From Candidatus Poribacteria bacterium (GTDB lineage Bacteria > Poribacteria > WGA-4E > WGA-3G), in contig OZ242029.1 of the NCBI GenBank assembly GCA_965205015.1, forward strand, positions 2,304,001-2,368,000: 64,000 nucleotides of DNA, written 5' to 3'. Each line of letters opens with the position of its first letter. The stretch's first letter is position 1. The position numbers and the translations under genes are program-made. Below, piece by piece: positions 46,764 to 57,109 of this stretch. The notes beneath the pieces were generated by a model. That model ran no database searches, was not told where the DNA came from, and saw only the letters and a list, made by a program, of their open reading frames with translations.

Positions 46764-47411
46764 ATGTCGAAAATTCTCGTGTTATCAGGTGAAAACCACG
46801 GTTTCAGTGCAAGTGCCAGCATCATTCACGACTTTCTCTCCGAAGATGCTAATATTTCAGCGACGCTAACTGACGATAAAGCGATTTTAGCATCCGAGGC
46901 GTTGAATACCTACGATGTGTGTGTCTTTGGCACCGGCTTCACACGTACAGAACGCCAAGAGGACGGCTCCGTCGCTCGTGTCTCTGATTTAGCATCCGCT
47001 GAAGAAGAAGGTTTGTTCCAATTTGTCAATAGCGGCAAAGGGTTGGTCGGCATTCACGGGACCGCGTGGTGGATCGGCGGTCAAGCAATGGATCTCATCG
47101 GTGGTGCTTCCAATTGGCATCCGCCCGGCTCGACCTTTACCGTCCATATTGAGGATAGTGAACATCCGACAACCCAAGGCGTTGAAGATTTTGATGTGGA
47201 GGATGAAATTTATATCTCCGCGCATGATCCCCATATTCACGTGCTGGCATCTGCTGAGTGGTTCGGCAAGTCACACCCGATGGCTTGGGTGAAACCTTAC
47301 GGTTCTGGACGCGTCTTTTATACCACGTTAGGACACGGACCCGGAACTTTCGAGCGTGCCGGAATGCAGAAATTCCTCACCCAAGGCGTGAAATGGGCAG
47401 CGGCATCGTAG
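46764..47411 (+). CDS. ThuA-like domain protein (class I glutamine amidotransferase-like fold)
   Basis: GKGLVGIHG, HPP, HPTTQG, DEIY, PMAWVKPYGSGRVFYTTLGH. Confidence 0.88.
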   Translation: MSKILVLSGENHGFSASASIIHDFLSEDANISATLTDDKAILASEALNTYDVCVFGTGFTRTERQEDGSVARVSDLASAEEEGLFQFVNSGKGLVGIHGTAWWIGGQAMDLIGGASNWHPPGSTFTVHIEDSEHPTTQGVEDFDVEDEIYISAHDPHIHVLASAEWFGKSHPMAWVKPYGSGRVFYTTLGHGPGTFERAGMQKFLTQGVKWAAAS

Positions 47412-47505
47412 TTTTATGTGGCACGTTTTGAAAACCGATAGGCTACACCCAAAATTCTGTAAGGCGGGGCACCCATGCCTCGCCACTCCATTACCTTAAA
47501 GCTAA

Positions 47506-48588
47506 ATGCCCACACTAAAAATCGCAAACATAGAGACCGAGATCGTTCAGGTAAACCACCGCGGCAATTGGGTCTTCGTCAAAGTCCATGCCGACGACGG
47601 CACAATCGGTGTTGGTGAGGCGTCCCACGGTAGGGATGACGCAAGCATCCAACATATCATTAACAACACCCTCAAATCTGCGTTCATCGGTTGGGATCCG
47701 TTTCAACTGGAAGCATTTCGCCAGCGTTTCTATCACGACTCTGAAAGCCATACCTACCATACCGCTCTCAGTGGGATCGAGCAGGGGATGTGCGATCTGA
47801 TAGGGAAGGGGTTGGAGGTACCGAGTTATCAATTGTTAGGTGGCAAGTGCCGAGAGAAGATCCGTCTTTACGCCAATATCAACCGTGCGACACTCGATCG
47901 CAGCCCTGTCGGTTTCGCCACCAATGCGGAGCGCGCCGTCGCTGAGGGGTTTACTGCCATAAAATGTGCGCCCTTTGACGATGTTTCCGTCGCGAACCTT
48001 TCGCGCGGGACGCTGACTCCTGCTATCTGCGCCGGAATTGATCGCATTCGCACGATACGCGCCGCGATTGGAGACGATATCGATCTCATGGTGGATTGCC
48101 ATAGCCGTTTTAACCCGGGGATTCTTATCCAAGTCGCCAAGGAACTGGAGGATTTGCACCTTTTCTGGATTGAGGACGCCGTGTCGCTGGACAATCTCGA
48201 TGCCTTCGCCTATATGAGCCAATCCATCGGTATCCCGATTGCAACCGGCGAACGTTTACGAACCCTCACAGATTTTGATCGGTTGCTAACCGAGGCACAC
48301 GTCGATTATATTTTACCGGATGTCAAGCATGTTGGCGGAATTACGGGTTTGAAAAGAATTGCGACGCTTGCTGCTGCACGAAACGTCATGGTAACACCTC
48401 ACAATCCGAGCGGTCCCGTGGCAACTGCCGCGAGTGTGCAATGCATGGCGAGTGTCCCGAACTTCGCAATCCTTGAATACGCGTGGGGGGAAGTCGACTG
48501 GCGTGCTGCTCTCATTGATCCGCCAGAAGACATCGTTGATGGGTTTATTGAAGTGCCTTCCCGACCGGGATTAGGTATCACGTTCTAA
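47506..48588 (+). CDS. Mandelate racemase/muconate lactonizing family enzyme (galactonate dehydratase-like)
   Basis: WVFVKV..DDG..GVGE, LLGG..R, VDCH, WIED, ATGE, PHNPSGP, RPGLG. Confidence 0.9.
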   Translation: MPTLKIANIETEIVQVNHRGNWVFVKVHADDGTIGVGEASHGRDDASIQHIINNTLKSAFIGWDPFQLEAFRQRFYHDSESHTYHTALSGIEQGMCDLIGKGLEVPSYQLLGGKCREKIRLYANINRATLDRSPVGFATNAERAVAEGFTAIKCAPFDDVSVANLSRGTLTPAICAGIDRIRTIRAAIGDDIDLMVDCHSRFNPGILIQVAKELEDLHLFWIEDAVSLDNLDAFAYMSQSIGIPIATGERLRTLTDFDRLLTEAHVDYILPDVKHVGGITGLKRIATLAAARNVMVTPHNPSGPVATAASVQCMASVPNFAILEYAWGEVDWRAALIDPPEDIVDGFIEVPSRPGLGITF

Positions 48589-48606
48589 AACATATCAGGA
48601 GTCTTA

Positions 48607-49383
48607 ATGATGCTGTGCAATGTTAATAGACAAGTTATCACAAAATGTACTTTCGTTTCTCTCTTTCTACTTGTCGTTGTTCTTGCTGGATGCCTCGGGA
48701 ATATACAGACGATGCAAACGGGAACCGAAGCGTCTACCCCTGCTACAGAGACGGAGGAAGCACCACCTCCGCTCGCGGAACTCCAACTTTCGACACCTAA
48801 AACAAATTACGCTGCACAGGAAGAGATTCCCCTTCAACTCAATATTCAGAACGGCAAATTTGACCTTCTTGTGCCTTCTTTTGGGGTCGCAACAAAGGGT
48901 GCCTTTACCCAGATAACAGTGAAGGACGCGAACGGACAGGTTGTCGAACCGAAGCGCCCGATTACGCAAGAGAACCCGCAGAAATATATAACGCACGACG
49001 GAAAATCCGTCCGATGTATTCACGGGTTTGATTTCAAAGCGGACATGAATCAGGAACTGAAATTCAAAGATATCCAACGATACTATCGGTTACAACCCGG
49101 TACTTACACGATAACACTCGCAATTGATCTGGAAGTTTACCGAGAATCTATCATTGAAGATCACCCCGAGATACTCGAATTAAAGCGCGATCTCACACGG
49201 CTTCAGACGGATCCGAATCTTCAAGCCGCCGCAAAGGCAGACGCTGTCAATTACTACCAAGAACAAATTAAACTGATTGAGGAAAGACACAAGGATGCAG
49301 TGAAGGACATTTACTTGCCTGTCAAATCTCGGCGTGGAAAGGCGTCGCTTGTATCTAACGAAATCACACTAACGATAGAGTAA
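48607..49383 (+). CDS. Hypothetical lipoprotein, paralogue 1
   Basis: LAGC lipobox; similar along its length to 49392-50117. Confidence 0.8.
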   Translation: MMLCNVNRQVITKCTFVSLFLLVVVLAGCLGNIQTMQTGTEASTPATETEEAPPPLAELQLSTPKTNYAAQEEIPLQLNIQNGKFDLLVPSFGVATKGAFTQITVKDANGQVVEPKRPITQENPQKYITHDGKSVRCIHGFDFKADMNQELKFKDIQRYYRLQPGTYTITLAIDLEVYRESIIEDHPEILELKRDLTRLQTDPNLQAAAKADAVNYYQEQIKLIEERHKDAVKDIYLPVKSRRGKASLVSNEITLTIE

Positions 49384-49391
49384 AATTTTCT

Positions 49392-50117
49392 ATGAAACCA
49401 TCTAATTGTCTTGCCCTTCTTTGTATAGTTCTGATTTTAAGCGTGATGGGGTGCATCACGAGTTTACAAACCCCATCTTCCCCAACCGATGTAGCGACTG
49501 CGGTTTCAGGTGTTACCCTCTCTCTTAAAACGTCCACATCGACTTATACCTCTAAGGCACCTATTCCTCTCGAACTCAGCATTCAGGGTGGGGAGTTTAA
49601 TCTGCTCGTTCCTTTTGTCAATGTCGCAACATCCGGTGCGTTTACCCAACTGAAAGTAACCGATCCCGAAGGCAACGTTGTTGAACCCAAACGTCCAGTT
49701 ACGCTTCCCAACACAGAAGAAATTTTTATCGAAAAAAAGGGTAAATCTGTTCAGTGCATCCGAGGCTTTGAATTGAAATCTGCCACAACACAGGTTGCCT
49801 CTCTCGCGGATTTGCGGAAATATTATAAGTTTCAGAAAGGTAACTACACAATCGCACTCACGATGGAACTACCGGTTTACCGAGATTTTCTGAAAAAGCG
49901 AAATCCAGAGATTATAGAATTAGAAGAAGAGATTAAAAGGATTAAAAAGGTTACAGATGCCCATGTCTCCGCTGCCGACAAACGTTCCGCAGTGAACGAT
50001 CTACAGCAACAGATTGAACGTCTTGAAAAGAGGTCCAAAGAGGTCTATCTGCCCGTCAAATCATTGCTCGGTAAGGCAACGCTCACGTCCAACACTGTTG
50101 TCTTGACGATAGAATAA
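49392..50117 (+). CDS. Hypothetical lipoprotein, paralogue 2
   Basis: VMGC lipobox; shared GAFTQ..V.D..G.VVEPKRP, GKSV.CI.GF and YLPVKS..GKA.L.SN motifs. Confidence 0.8.
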   Translation: MKPSNCLALLCIVLILSVMGCITSLQTPSSPTDVATAVSGVTLSLKTSTSTYTSKAPIPLELSIQGGEFNLLVPFVNVATSGAFTQLKVTDPEGNVVEPKRPVTLPNTEEIFIEKKGKSVQCIRGFELKSATTQVASLADLRKYYKFQKGNYTIALTMELPVYRDFLKKRNPEIIELEEEIKRIKKVTDAHVSAADKRSAVNDLQQQIERLEKRSKEVYLPVKSLLGKATLTSNTVVLTIE

Positions 50118-50266
50118 CCCGAGTTTTGTAGCGTAAACTTTCAGCCGTGGTTGCTAACAACCCCATGGGGTGCAGTTAAAAGTCGGGACTGAATCTGGAC
50201 GCTGGAGAGGTGTTCTCGTGAAAATAGGTATGAACACCACGCGCCCGCGCCCGTTAAAAATTTTAC

Positions 50267-50295
50267 TTGCAAATTGGCGTAGAATGATATATAAT
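50267..50295 (+). promoter_or_regulatory. Sigma70 promoter of the nuo operon
   Basis: TTGCAA-17 bp-TATAAT, about 70 bp upstream of nuoA. Confidence 0.6.
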
Positions 50296-50363
50296 TTATT
50301 AAGTAACGAAACACATACACCCTAAAGTTTTCGCAATATCGCGGTTCTCAAGGATCATTCAGA

Positions 50364-50774
50364 ATGCTTTTTAACTTCGCAAATGTGCTAATCTTTTTGA
50401 TTGTTGGTTGTGTATTTGTCGTCCTAAACCTTACTATCTCTCGCCTCCTGCATACCAAACTGTTCTCAGGCGAAAAGTATATCCCCTATGAATGCGGTGA
50501 AGATCCGATCGGTGATACGCGGATTAAGTTTAACACCCGCTTTTACGTCATCGCGCTCATTTTCCTCATTTTCGACGTAGAAGTCGTATTCCTTTTCCCG
50601 TGGGCGGTTGTTTTCCGCGACTTCGGGCTCTTCGCGTTTTTGGAAATGCTTGTTTTCATCGCCATTCTGTTAGTCGGGCTTGCATACGTCTGGGCAAAAG
50701 GGGATCTGGAGTGGATCCGATCCACGCAGTTGGAAGTCCAATCCGTTCGGAGGGAAGAAAGTTATGATAATTGA
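50364..50774 (+). CDS. nuoA: NADH-quinone oxidoreductase subunit A
   Basis: [28 protein letters not shown]. Confidence 0.96.
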   Translation: MLFNFANVLIFLIVGCVFVVLNLTISRLLHTKLFSGEKYIPYECGEDPIGDTRIKFNTRFYVIALIFLIFDVEVVFLFPWAVVFRDFGLFAFLEMLVFIAILLVGLAYVWAKGDLEWIRSTQLEVQSVRREESYDN

Positions 50775-51345
50775 TGAGAAACTGGACAAAAATGTTATTG
50801 TCACCTCAGTTGATGCCGTCGCGAACTGGGCACGTTCGTCTGCACTCTGGCCGATGACGTTCGGACTCGCCTGTTGTGCCATTGAATTTATGGCGACTGC
50901 GGCTTCTAACTACGACCTCGACCGATTCGGGGCGGGTGTGCCGCGGGCGACACCCCGTCAATCTGATCTCATGGTCATCTCTGGCACGGTGACGCTCAAA
51001 ATGGCAACTCGGATCCGACGGCTTTATGAACAGATGCCGGAACCGAAATATGTTATTTCGATGGGCAGTTGCGCTACCAGTGGCGGCCCCTATTGGCAAC
51101 ACGGATACCACGTCCTCAAAGGCGTTGATCGGGTTATTCCTGTTGATGTTTATGTGCCTGGATGTCCACCGCGCCCAGAAGCACTTATTGAAGGGCTGCT
51201 CAAATTACAAGAGAAGATTAAAACCCAGACCGTCGCGAAACGCGATCACGTGCCGTTCCTGAAGAGACTCTTTACAAAAACAGAGTGGTACGAACTCGAA
51301 GGAACCGAAACTGCAGAAGGCGATACCCCTGAAACCAACGCCTAA
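50764..51345 (+). CDS. nuoB: NADH-quinone oxidoreductase subunit B
   Basis: [30 protein letters not shown]. Confidence 0.96.
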   Translation: MIIDEKLDKNVIVTSVDAVANWARSSALWPMTFGLACCAIEFMATAASNYDLDRFGAGVPRATPRQSDLMVISGTVTLKMATRIRRLYEQMPEPKYVISMGSCATSGGPYWQHGYHVLKGVDRVIPVDVYVPGCPPRPEALIEGLLKLQEKIKTQTVAKRDHVPFLKRLFTKTEWYELEGTETAEGDTPETNA

Positions 51346-51443
51346 GATGCCAATGCGTTCAACAGCGGGAGTGATCTGTAATCGCGGCTTTTTCAACCAA
51401 CAGTAAGAGCGATTTGTAATCGCGATCATGGAGCAGGATATAC

Positions 51444-51929
51444 GTGAAACCGGAAGAAATCTATGAAGTCCTAACCAAACAGTTTGGTGAAGCCATTCTC
51501 GGTTTTGACACCGAACTCGCTGGTGATCCGAACATACGCATTGTTCCCTCAGCAATCGCCGATGTGTGCCAATATCTCGCCGAAACCGACACATTGGCAT
51601 TTGATTCCCTGATGTGCCTCAGTGGCGTTGATTTGAATGCCAGGGATGAAGAATTTGCGATTGTCTATCATCTCTATGCCATGCGGCACCGGCATAGCGT
51701 TGTTCTAAAAACGACAGTTCCGAAAACCGATCCACACCTCCCCAGCGTTTCGCATATATGGAAAACCGCAGATTGGCACGAACGCGAGGCGTACGACCTC
51801 TACGGAATCTTCTTTGAGGGACACAGTGACCTCCGCCGCATCCTGCTTCCCGATGACTGGGAAGGATATCCCTTACGCAAGGACTACCAGGAGCCTGAAT
51901 TCTATCGCGGTATGCGTGTGCCATATTAG
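51444..51929 (+). CDS. nuoC: NADH-quinone oxidoreductase subunit C
   Basis: ADWHEREAYDLYGIFFEGH.DLRRIL, GYPLRKDY. Confidence 0.95.
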   Translation: MKPEEIYEVLTKQFGEAILGFDTELAGDPNIRIVPSAIADVCQYLAETDTLAFDSLMCLSGVDLNARDEEFAIVYHLYAMRHRHSVVLKTTVPKTDPHLPSVSHIWKTADWHEREAYDLYGIFFEGHSDLRRILLPDDWEGYPLRKDYQEPEFYRGMRVPY

Positions 51930-52059
51930 CTGTTGGTTGTCAGTTCTCAGTTAAGAAGTTTTCCTATAACAATTGACGCTCTATGGGCGGACTTCAAGAA
52001 AGAGAGAATTGCTATAAAATACCTCTTAACCAACAACCGATGACTGAAAACTGAAAACT
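51926..52059. repeat. Long hairpin element with heptamer tandem arms, copy 3
   Basis: ggttgtcagttctcagttaagaag..tataacaatt // aattgctata..ctcttaaccaacaaccgatgactgaaaactgaaaact. Confidence 0.65.
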
Positions 52060-52069
52060 ACTTTGAGAT

Positions 52070-52098
52070 TTGACATTAGACGGCAAAAATGGTATCAT
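52070..52098 (+). promoter_or_regulatory. Internal sigma70 promoter upstream of nuoD
   Basis: TTGACA-17 bp-TATCAT with an extended TG. Confidence 0.6.
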
Positions 52099-52194
52099 AT
52101 ATATTCAGAGAGTCCATGCGAAAGCGTGGCGTTCCCAGTCTGAAGAGATTGATGGTAAAACCCAAAGATGTGGAGACGAATCCGAAATCAAGCC

Positions 52195-52306
52195 TGTAGT
52201 CCGTAACGAAGTGGAGAACGGTTCTTGAGAAAGGCGCGTTGAACTTTTAGGGGAAACACCCAAGCAAAAACACCTATGCTGTTTAACGGCAAGGTAAAAT
52301 TAAAAA
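52195..52306 (+). repeat. Dispersed CCGCAAGG element, copy D
   Basis: gtagtccgtaacgaagtggagaacgg...cggcaaggtaaaattaaaaa directly before the nuoD ATG. Confidence 0.7.
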
Positions 52307-53512
52307 ATGGAAAATACACCACAGACTGAAAGCAAAATTATAGAGTTGAAACCGTTCGCCGATGAAATGGTTGTCAATATGGGACCTCAGCATCCAAGTA
52401 CACACGGTGTGTTACGGCTGGAATTGAAATTGGATGGTGAAGTCGTTCGGGAAGCGATTCCCCACATCGGTTACCTGCATCGCTGCTTTGAGAAGCACTC
52501 CGAGAATCTCTCCTACCCCCAAATTATTCCCTTTACCGACCGAATGGATTACATAGCGGCGATGAACCAGAATTGGGGATTCTGTCTTGCTGTTGAGAAA
52601 TTGTTGGAGGCGGATGAGAGCAAAGACTTTGAGGTACCGGAACGGGCGGAATACCTGCGCGTGCTTATCTGTGAATTAAATCGTATTGCGAGCCATCTCC
52701 TCTCCTTCGGGACCTACGGAATGGACATCGGCGCATTTACCCCATTTCTCTACGCATTCCGGGATCGGGAACGATTGCTCCTGCTTTTTGAGAAAATATG
52801 CGGCGCACGCCTCACCTATAACTATATCCGCATCGGTGGGGTCTCCGAAATCATCCCGATGGAGTCGGGTTCCATTGCCGAACAGAACTTTTTGGACGAA
52901 GTCGAAGCGTTTTTAGACTACTTTGAACCGTTGATTGATGAATATAACGAACTCCTGACAAAAAACAGTATCTTCGCGCAACGCACGACGGGGGTCGCTG
53001 TCATGTCAGCAGAGATGGCGCTGAGCTACGGCGCAACGGGTCCGAACCTTCGCGGTTCCGGTGTTGATTGGGATCTGCGACGAGACGAACCCTACTCTAT
53101 TTACGACAGATTTGACTTTGATGTGCCTGTTGCTGTGGATGTCCCAGAATTAGGCTCCGTCGTTGGGGACTGCTGGAGTCGATACAAAATACGTATGGAT
53201 GAGATGAAGCAATCCGTCCGGATTGTACGACAGATTTTAGCGGAAGGACTCCCCGACGGTCCCGTCATGGCAGATTTGAAAGCCGTCCGTCCACCGAAAG
53301 GCGAAATCTATTTCCGCAGTGAAGCCCCGCGCGGTGAACTTGGGTTCTACATCGTCAGCGATGGCACACCGAAGCCGGTGCGTCTCAAGGGACGTTCCCC
53401 GTGTTTCAGTGCTTTGAGTGCGCTCCAGGAACTCAGTCGCGGTTTGATGGTCGCAGATATTATCGCCATTATCGGCAGCATTGATATTGTGATGGGAGAA
53501 GTGGACCGCTAA
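52307..53512 (+). CDS. nuoD: NADH-quinone oxidoreductase subunit D
   Basis: NMGPQHPSTHGVLRL, GYLHR, DRMDY, EAPRGE, DIVMGEVDR. Confidence 0.97.
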   Translation: MENTPQTESKIIELKPFADEMVVNMGPQHPSTHGVLRLELKLDGEVVREAIPHIGYLHRCFEKHSENLSYPQIIPFTDRMDYIAAMNQNWGFCLAVEKLLEADESKDFEVPERAEYLRVLICELNRIASHLLSFGTYGMDIGAFTPFLYAFRDRERLLLLFEKICGARLTYNYIRIGGVSEIIPMESGSIAEQNFLDEVEAFLDYFEPLIDEYNELLTKNSIFAQRTTGVAVMSAEMALSYGATGPNLRGSGVDWDLRRDEPYSIYDRFDFDVPVAVDVPELGSVVGDCWSRYKIRMDEMKQSVRIVRQILAEGLPDGPVMADLKAVRPPKGEIYFRSEAPRGELGFYIVSDGTPKPVRLKGRSPCFSALSALQELSRGLMVADIIAIIGSIDIVMGEVDR

Positions 53513-53536
53513 ACGCACTTGATAGTGGAGTAAAAA

Positions 53537-53830
53537 ATGAGAATCATAGCGAAGGAACAGACAAAGGGAGTAATGTGGGGTGCCTTTGGATTATTACTTT
53601 TCTATGCGTTGATAGTCTGTTTGACCGATTTTGGTGGAATCAACTTATTCGCTATCACTGGCGTTTTTTTTAGTGTTTTGATCACTAGCGTTCGTATAGC
53701 GGATCCCGAGTGTCTCCCAATATCAATATTATCGAACAACAAGTTTTTGCAGGGGACATTTGTCTTTTTAATTGTTTTTATGCTAACACATGGAGTTTTT
53801 GAGCTCTGGAAAGTTATATCTACAGGATAG
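53537..53830 (+). CDS. Hypothetical 3-TM protein between nuoD and nuoH
   Basis: GGAG RBS, three hydrophobic segments, AT-rich. Confidence 0.6.
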   Translation: MRIIAKEQTKGVMWGAFGLLLFYALIVCLTDFGGINLFAITGVFFSVLITSVRIADPECLPISILSNNKFLQGTFVFLIVFMLTHGVFELWKVISTG

Positions 53831-53904
53831 TCGACACGACATTCTGTATGAAGATAGAGATTAATTTGTAGGCAATAGGTTTTGAATTAGATTGAGGAGG
53901 TTAG

Positions 53905-55173
53905 ATGTCGGATTTTAGGGCGATGCTTGTAGGTTTCCCATATTTCAATGTATCTGAAAGTTTCTTACCCAATATAGAGCTACAAGATGGACGCAATTGG
54001 GCTGAGGAATTTATACAGAATGTTGTGATTCCGCGACTACCAGAAGCCGCTGCTTCGCATTTTCCGGTGGAGATAGGCACAGTTCTCGTCATGTTTGCAT
54101 GTGCTGGTGTTTTTGTTGGAGTCGTCCCACTACTTCCTTTGGTGTTGGTGCTCGCAGAGCGAAAGGTCTCCGCACGTTTCCAAAATCGAACGGGACCCAT
54201 GCGGGTCGGACCGTGGGGTATACTGCAAACGTTAGCCGACGGCGTAAAACTTATCTTCAAAGAGGATTATATCCCACCGCAAGGCGATAAATTCCTTTTC
54301 TTACTTGCCCCCTACATCATTTTTGCCTGCTCGTTTGCTGTCTTCGCTGCGATTCCCTTCGGTCAAGGTATATTGGTGAGTGACTTTAATATTGGTATCT
54401 TCTATATCATGGCGATCTCCTCTGTAATTGTCATGGGAGTGATTATGGCGGGCTGGTCTTCAAACAGTAAATGGTCGTTGTTGGGTTCGCTCCGCTCCGC
54501 CGCACAGATCGTCAGTTATGAAATCCCGCTCGGTCTTTCCATCCTGACGGTCGTCATGCTCGTCGAAAGTTTGAGCATGCAAGAGATTGTCGCAAGTCAA
54601 TCCAATGGTGTTTTCAGTTGGCTCATTTTCCGAACTCCATTCACCTTTATCGCCTTCTTTGTCTTCTTTATTTCTTCTATTGCTGAGGTAAATCGAACCC
54701 CCTTTGATTTGCCCGAAGCCGAATCTGAAATCGTTGCCGGCTTCCATACCGAGTACAGCGGAATGCGCTTTGCCCTCTTCTTCATCGCTGAATACGCGAA
54801 TATGTTCGCTGTGAGTGCAATCGCTGTGACACTTTTCCTCGGCGGTTGGGAGGGTGTTTTGCCGGGTTACGATATTCTCGGTGGATTCCCCGGTTTCGTT
54901 ATCAAATCTATGGCACTCGTCTTTTTGATGATGTGGTTGAGATGGACGTTGCCGCGCTTGCGGGTAGATCAGCTGATGAATCTCTGCTGGAAATACTTTA
55001 TTCCGATCGCCTTCTTCAATATCTTAGGCACCGGCATCTGGGGACTCATTTTTCCAGAGGACACCGTGATTAGCACCGCCATTAGCTGCGCAATTATCTA
55101 TATTGGACTTATCGCCGCATATAAAGTTGCTGGACGGGGTCTCGCAGAGAGACCAGCACCACAACCGAGTTAG
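53905..55173 (+). CDS. nuoH: NADH-quinone oxidoreductase subunit H, N-terminally extended
   Basis: ERKV, GPMRVGP.GILQ..ADG.KL..KE, NRTPFDLPEAESE, PRLRVDQLM; GAGGAGG RBS. Confidence 0.96.
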   Translation: MSDFRAMLVGFPYFNVSESFLPNIELQDGRNWAEEFIQNVVIPRLPEAAASHFPVEIGTVLVMFACAGVFVGVVPLLPLVLVLAERKVSARFQNRTGPMRVGPWGILQTLADGVKLIFKEDYIPPQGDKFLFLLAPYIIFACSFAVFAAIPFGQGILVSDFNIGIFYIMAISSVIVMGVIMAGWSSNSKWSLLGSLRSAAQIVSYEIPLGLSILTVVMLVESLSMQEIVASQSNGVFSWLIFRTPFTFIAFFVFFISSIAEVNRTPFDLPEAESEIVAGFHTEYSGMRFALFFIAEYANMFAVSAIAVTLFLGGWEGVLPGYDILGGFPGFVIKSMALVFLMMWLRWTLPRLRVDQLMNLCWKYFIPIAFFNILGTGIWGLIFPEDTVISTAISCAIIYIGLIAAYKVAGRGLAERPAPQPS

Positions 55174-55212
55174 GGTCGTATCTGTATCCATTATTTGGAA
55201 GGAGCACCTAAA

Positions 55213-55932
55213 ATGGACAAATACATACGGAACATCTACAGAGGCGTTTATACCGTTCTCGTCGGGATGCGGGTGACAATCAGGCAGTTCTTTGAACCGA
55301 ACGTCACGCATCAATACCCGTATGAACACGACTTTGAAAAGAAACAGAACATCCGAGAGATTCCGAAAGGATATCGTGGGCAACTCTATAATCGAATTGA
55401 GGATTGCATCGGGTGCAAAAAATGTGAAATGATTTGTCCTGTTGATTGCATTACGATCACAGGCACCAAACTTCCCAAGGGTGAACAGCTCTGGGATAGC
55501 ATGAACGTTGTGCACCTTAAGGATGGGCGTGAAGTCATCGGTATTGTTGAAGGCGACGATAAAAAGATAAAGTCGGCAGATTCGATAACCCTTACGAATA
55601 TCACTTCTCGCCAGGGAACACAGGAGGTCATAGACCGCCTTGAGCCATCCGGGGTTGAGCGTCGAACCCAGACCTTTTCCAGTGACGAGGTATCGCGTGT
55701 TGTTACCCGAAATCCGGTGGTCTTCTACCTCGATCAGTTTGATATTGATATGTCCCTCTGTATGTATTGTGGACTTTGTACTGAGGTTTGTCCGACAGAG
55801 TGTCTCACCATGAAGGACACACTCGCCGGGATTGAGTACTCCAAATTCGACCGATCGGATCTAATCTTTAAGTTTGACAAGCAAGAGATGTACGGTAAAG
55901 GTAGCACCGAGGAAGTGGATGCCGCAGATTAG
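55213..55932 (+). CDS. nuoI: NADH-quinone oxidoreductase subunit I with an internal ~70-aa insertion
   Basis: CIGCKKCEMICP and CMYCGLCTEVCP separated by an extra domain. Confidence 0.92.
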   Translation: MDKYIRNIYRGVYTVLVGMRVTIRQFFEPNVTHQYPYEHDFEKKQNIREIPKGYRGQLYNRIEDCIGCKKCEMICPVDCITITGTKLPKGEQLWDSMNVVHLKDGREVIGIVEGDDKKIKSADSITLTNITSRQGTQEVIDRLEPSGVERRTQTFSSDEVSRVVTRNPVVFYLDQFDIDMSLCMYCGLCTEVCPTECLTMKDTLAGIEYSKFDRSDLIFKFDKQEMYGKGSTEEVDAAD

Positions 55933-56130
55933 CACTTTCATAACATCGGATCTTGCGTTGCAGATTTAATTCGTATTGAACGAGGTTTCTGTGTCACTTG
56001 CTTGATGTCCTAAAAAGTTGAAAAGACTGGCAAAAGTCAGCAGCACTGCAACAATGGCAGCAGTGCGGACTTGAAAAGAGGAGCTGCACGCCAAGTAATC
56101 CTGACAATTCGCTTGCGCCAGCTTAAAAGA

Positions 56131-56649
56131 ATGGAATTTACGCTCAAAACCTTTATTTTTTACGGTTTCGCCCTGATGACAATTGCGTCCGCGCTCGTTG
56201 TTGTCACGGTACGAAACATCGTCCACGCGGCGTTTTCGCTCATGGTGACGCTCTTCGGTGTTGCCGGGCTTTACGTCTTTTTACAAGCTGATTTCCTTGC
56301 TGCAACGCAGGTGATTGTTTATGTCGGCGGTATACTCGTTCTCATTCTATTCGGTGTCATGATGACAAGCGGACGCTTAGAGATGCGCATTCATATTGAA
56401 CGCGGGCAACTTCTGCTCGGTGGTGTTGTTTCATTGGCACTGCTCATGTTGCTTTTAACTGTTATTGCGAATACACCCGCATGGAAGAATCTCACCGATG
56501 ACGGCACCGAGCTTCCACCGACAACAGAACGTATTGGCGAGTTGATTTTGAATGGACCATTTCTCCTACCATTTGAAGTCGTCTCCGTGCTGCTATTGGT
56601 CGCATTAATCGGAGCCGCCCTAATTTCCCGAAAGGAGGTTAGGGACTAA
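56131..56649 (+). CDS. nuoJ: NADH-quinone oxidoreductase subunit J
   Basis: QVIVYVGGILVLILF, PFEVVSVLLLVALIGA. Confidence 0.95.
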   Translation: MEFTLKTFIFYGFALMTIASALVVVTVRNIVHAAFSLMVTLFGVAGLYVFLQADFLAATQVIVYVGGILVLILFGVMMTSGRLEMRIHIERGQLLLGGVVSLALLMLLLTVIANTPAWKNLTDDGTELPPTTERIGELILNGPFLLPFEVVSVLLLVALIGAALISRKEVRD

Positions 56650-56666
56650 ATCCCCTGCGTAACACA

Positions 56667-56975
56667 ATGACCTTACAACATTATCTCGTCATCAGTGCGA
56701 TTCTGTTCACACTCGGCATTTTCGCCGTCCTGACCCGACGGAACGCTATTAGCATTTTGATGGGAATTGAACTTATTCTCAATTCGTGTAATCTTAACTT
56801 TGCCGCATTCTCGCGTTTTATGACGCCACTGGAGGACATCAGCGGACAAATTATCGCGATTTTCGGGATTGTGCTCGCCGCAGCGGAAGCCGCTGTCTTT
56901 CTGGCGATTATCCTCGCCATCTATCGTGAATTCGGTAGCATACGTCCCAACGAAGTCGATACGCTAAAAGGTTAG
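56667..56975 (+). CDS. nuoK: NADH-quinone oxidoreductase subunit K
   Basis: RRNAI..LMGIELILN, AAAEAAV.LA, LKG. Confidence 0.96.
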   Translation: MTLQHYLVISAILFTLGIFAVLTRRNAISILMGIELILNSCNLNFAAFSRFMTPLEDISGQIIAIFGIVLAAAEAAVFLAIILAIYREFGSIRPNEVDTLKG

Positions 56976-56978
56976 AAG

Positions 56979-57074
56979 GCTTATCGGCTATCAGTTATCG
57001 GTTGTCAGTTACAAGAGGGTTTTATTCAACGAAAACCTCTTGACGGATGGTTTCCAACAGTTTCCGACAGCTGA
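56979..57074. repeat. Heptamer tandem/hairpin element, copy 4
   Basis: ttatcggctatcagttatcggttgtcagttaCAAGAGGgtttt..aaaaCCTCTTG..ccgacagctga. Confidence 0.6.
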
Positions 57075-57109
57075 ATCCTAAAAAAAGAAAAGGCTTAAAC
57101 AGAAAAAAT

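Noticed and set aside
52117-52199. 27-aa ORF between nuoC and nuoD
   Set aside because: Weak RBS, no homology cue, and it ends inside a repeat element.
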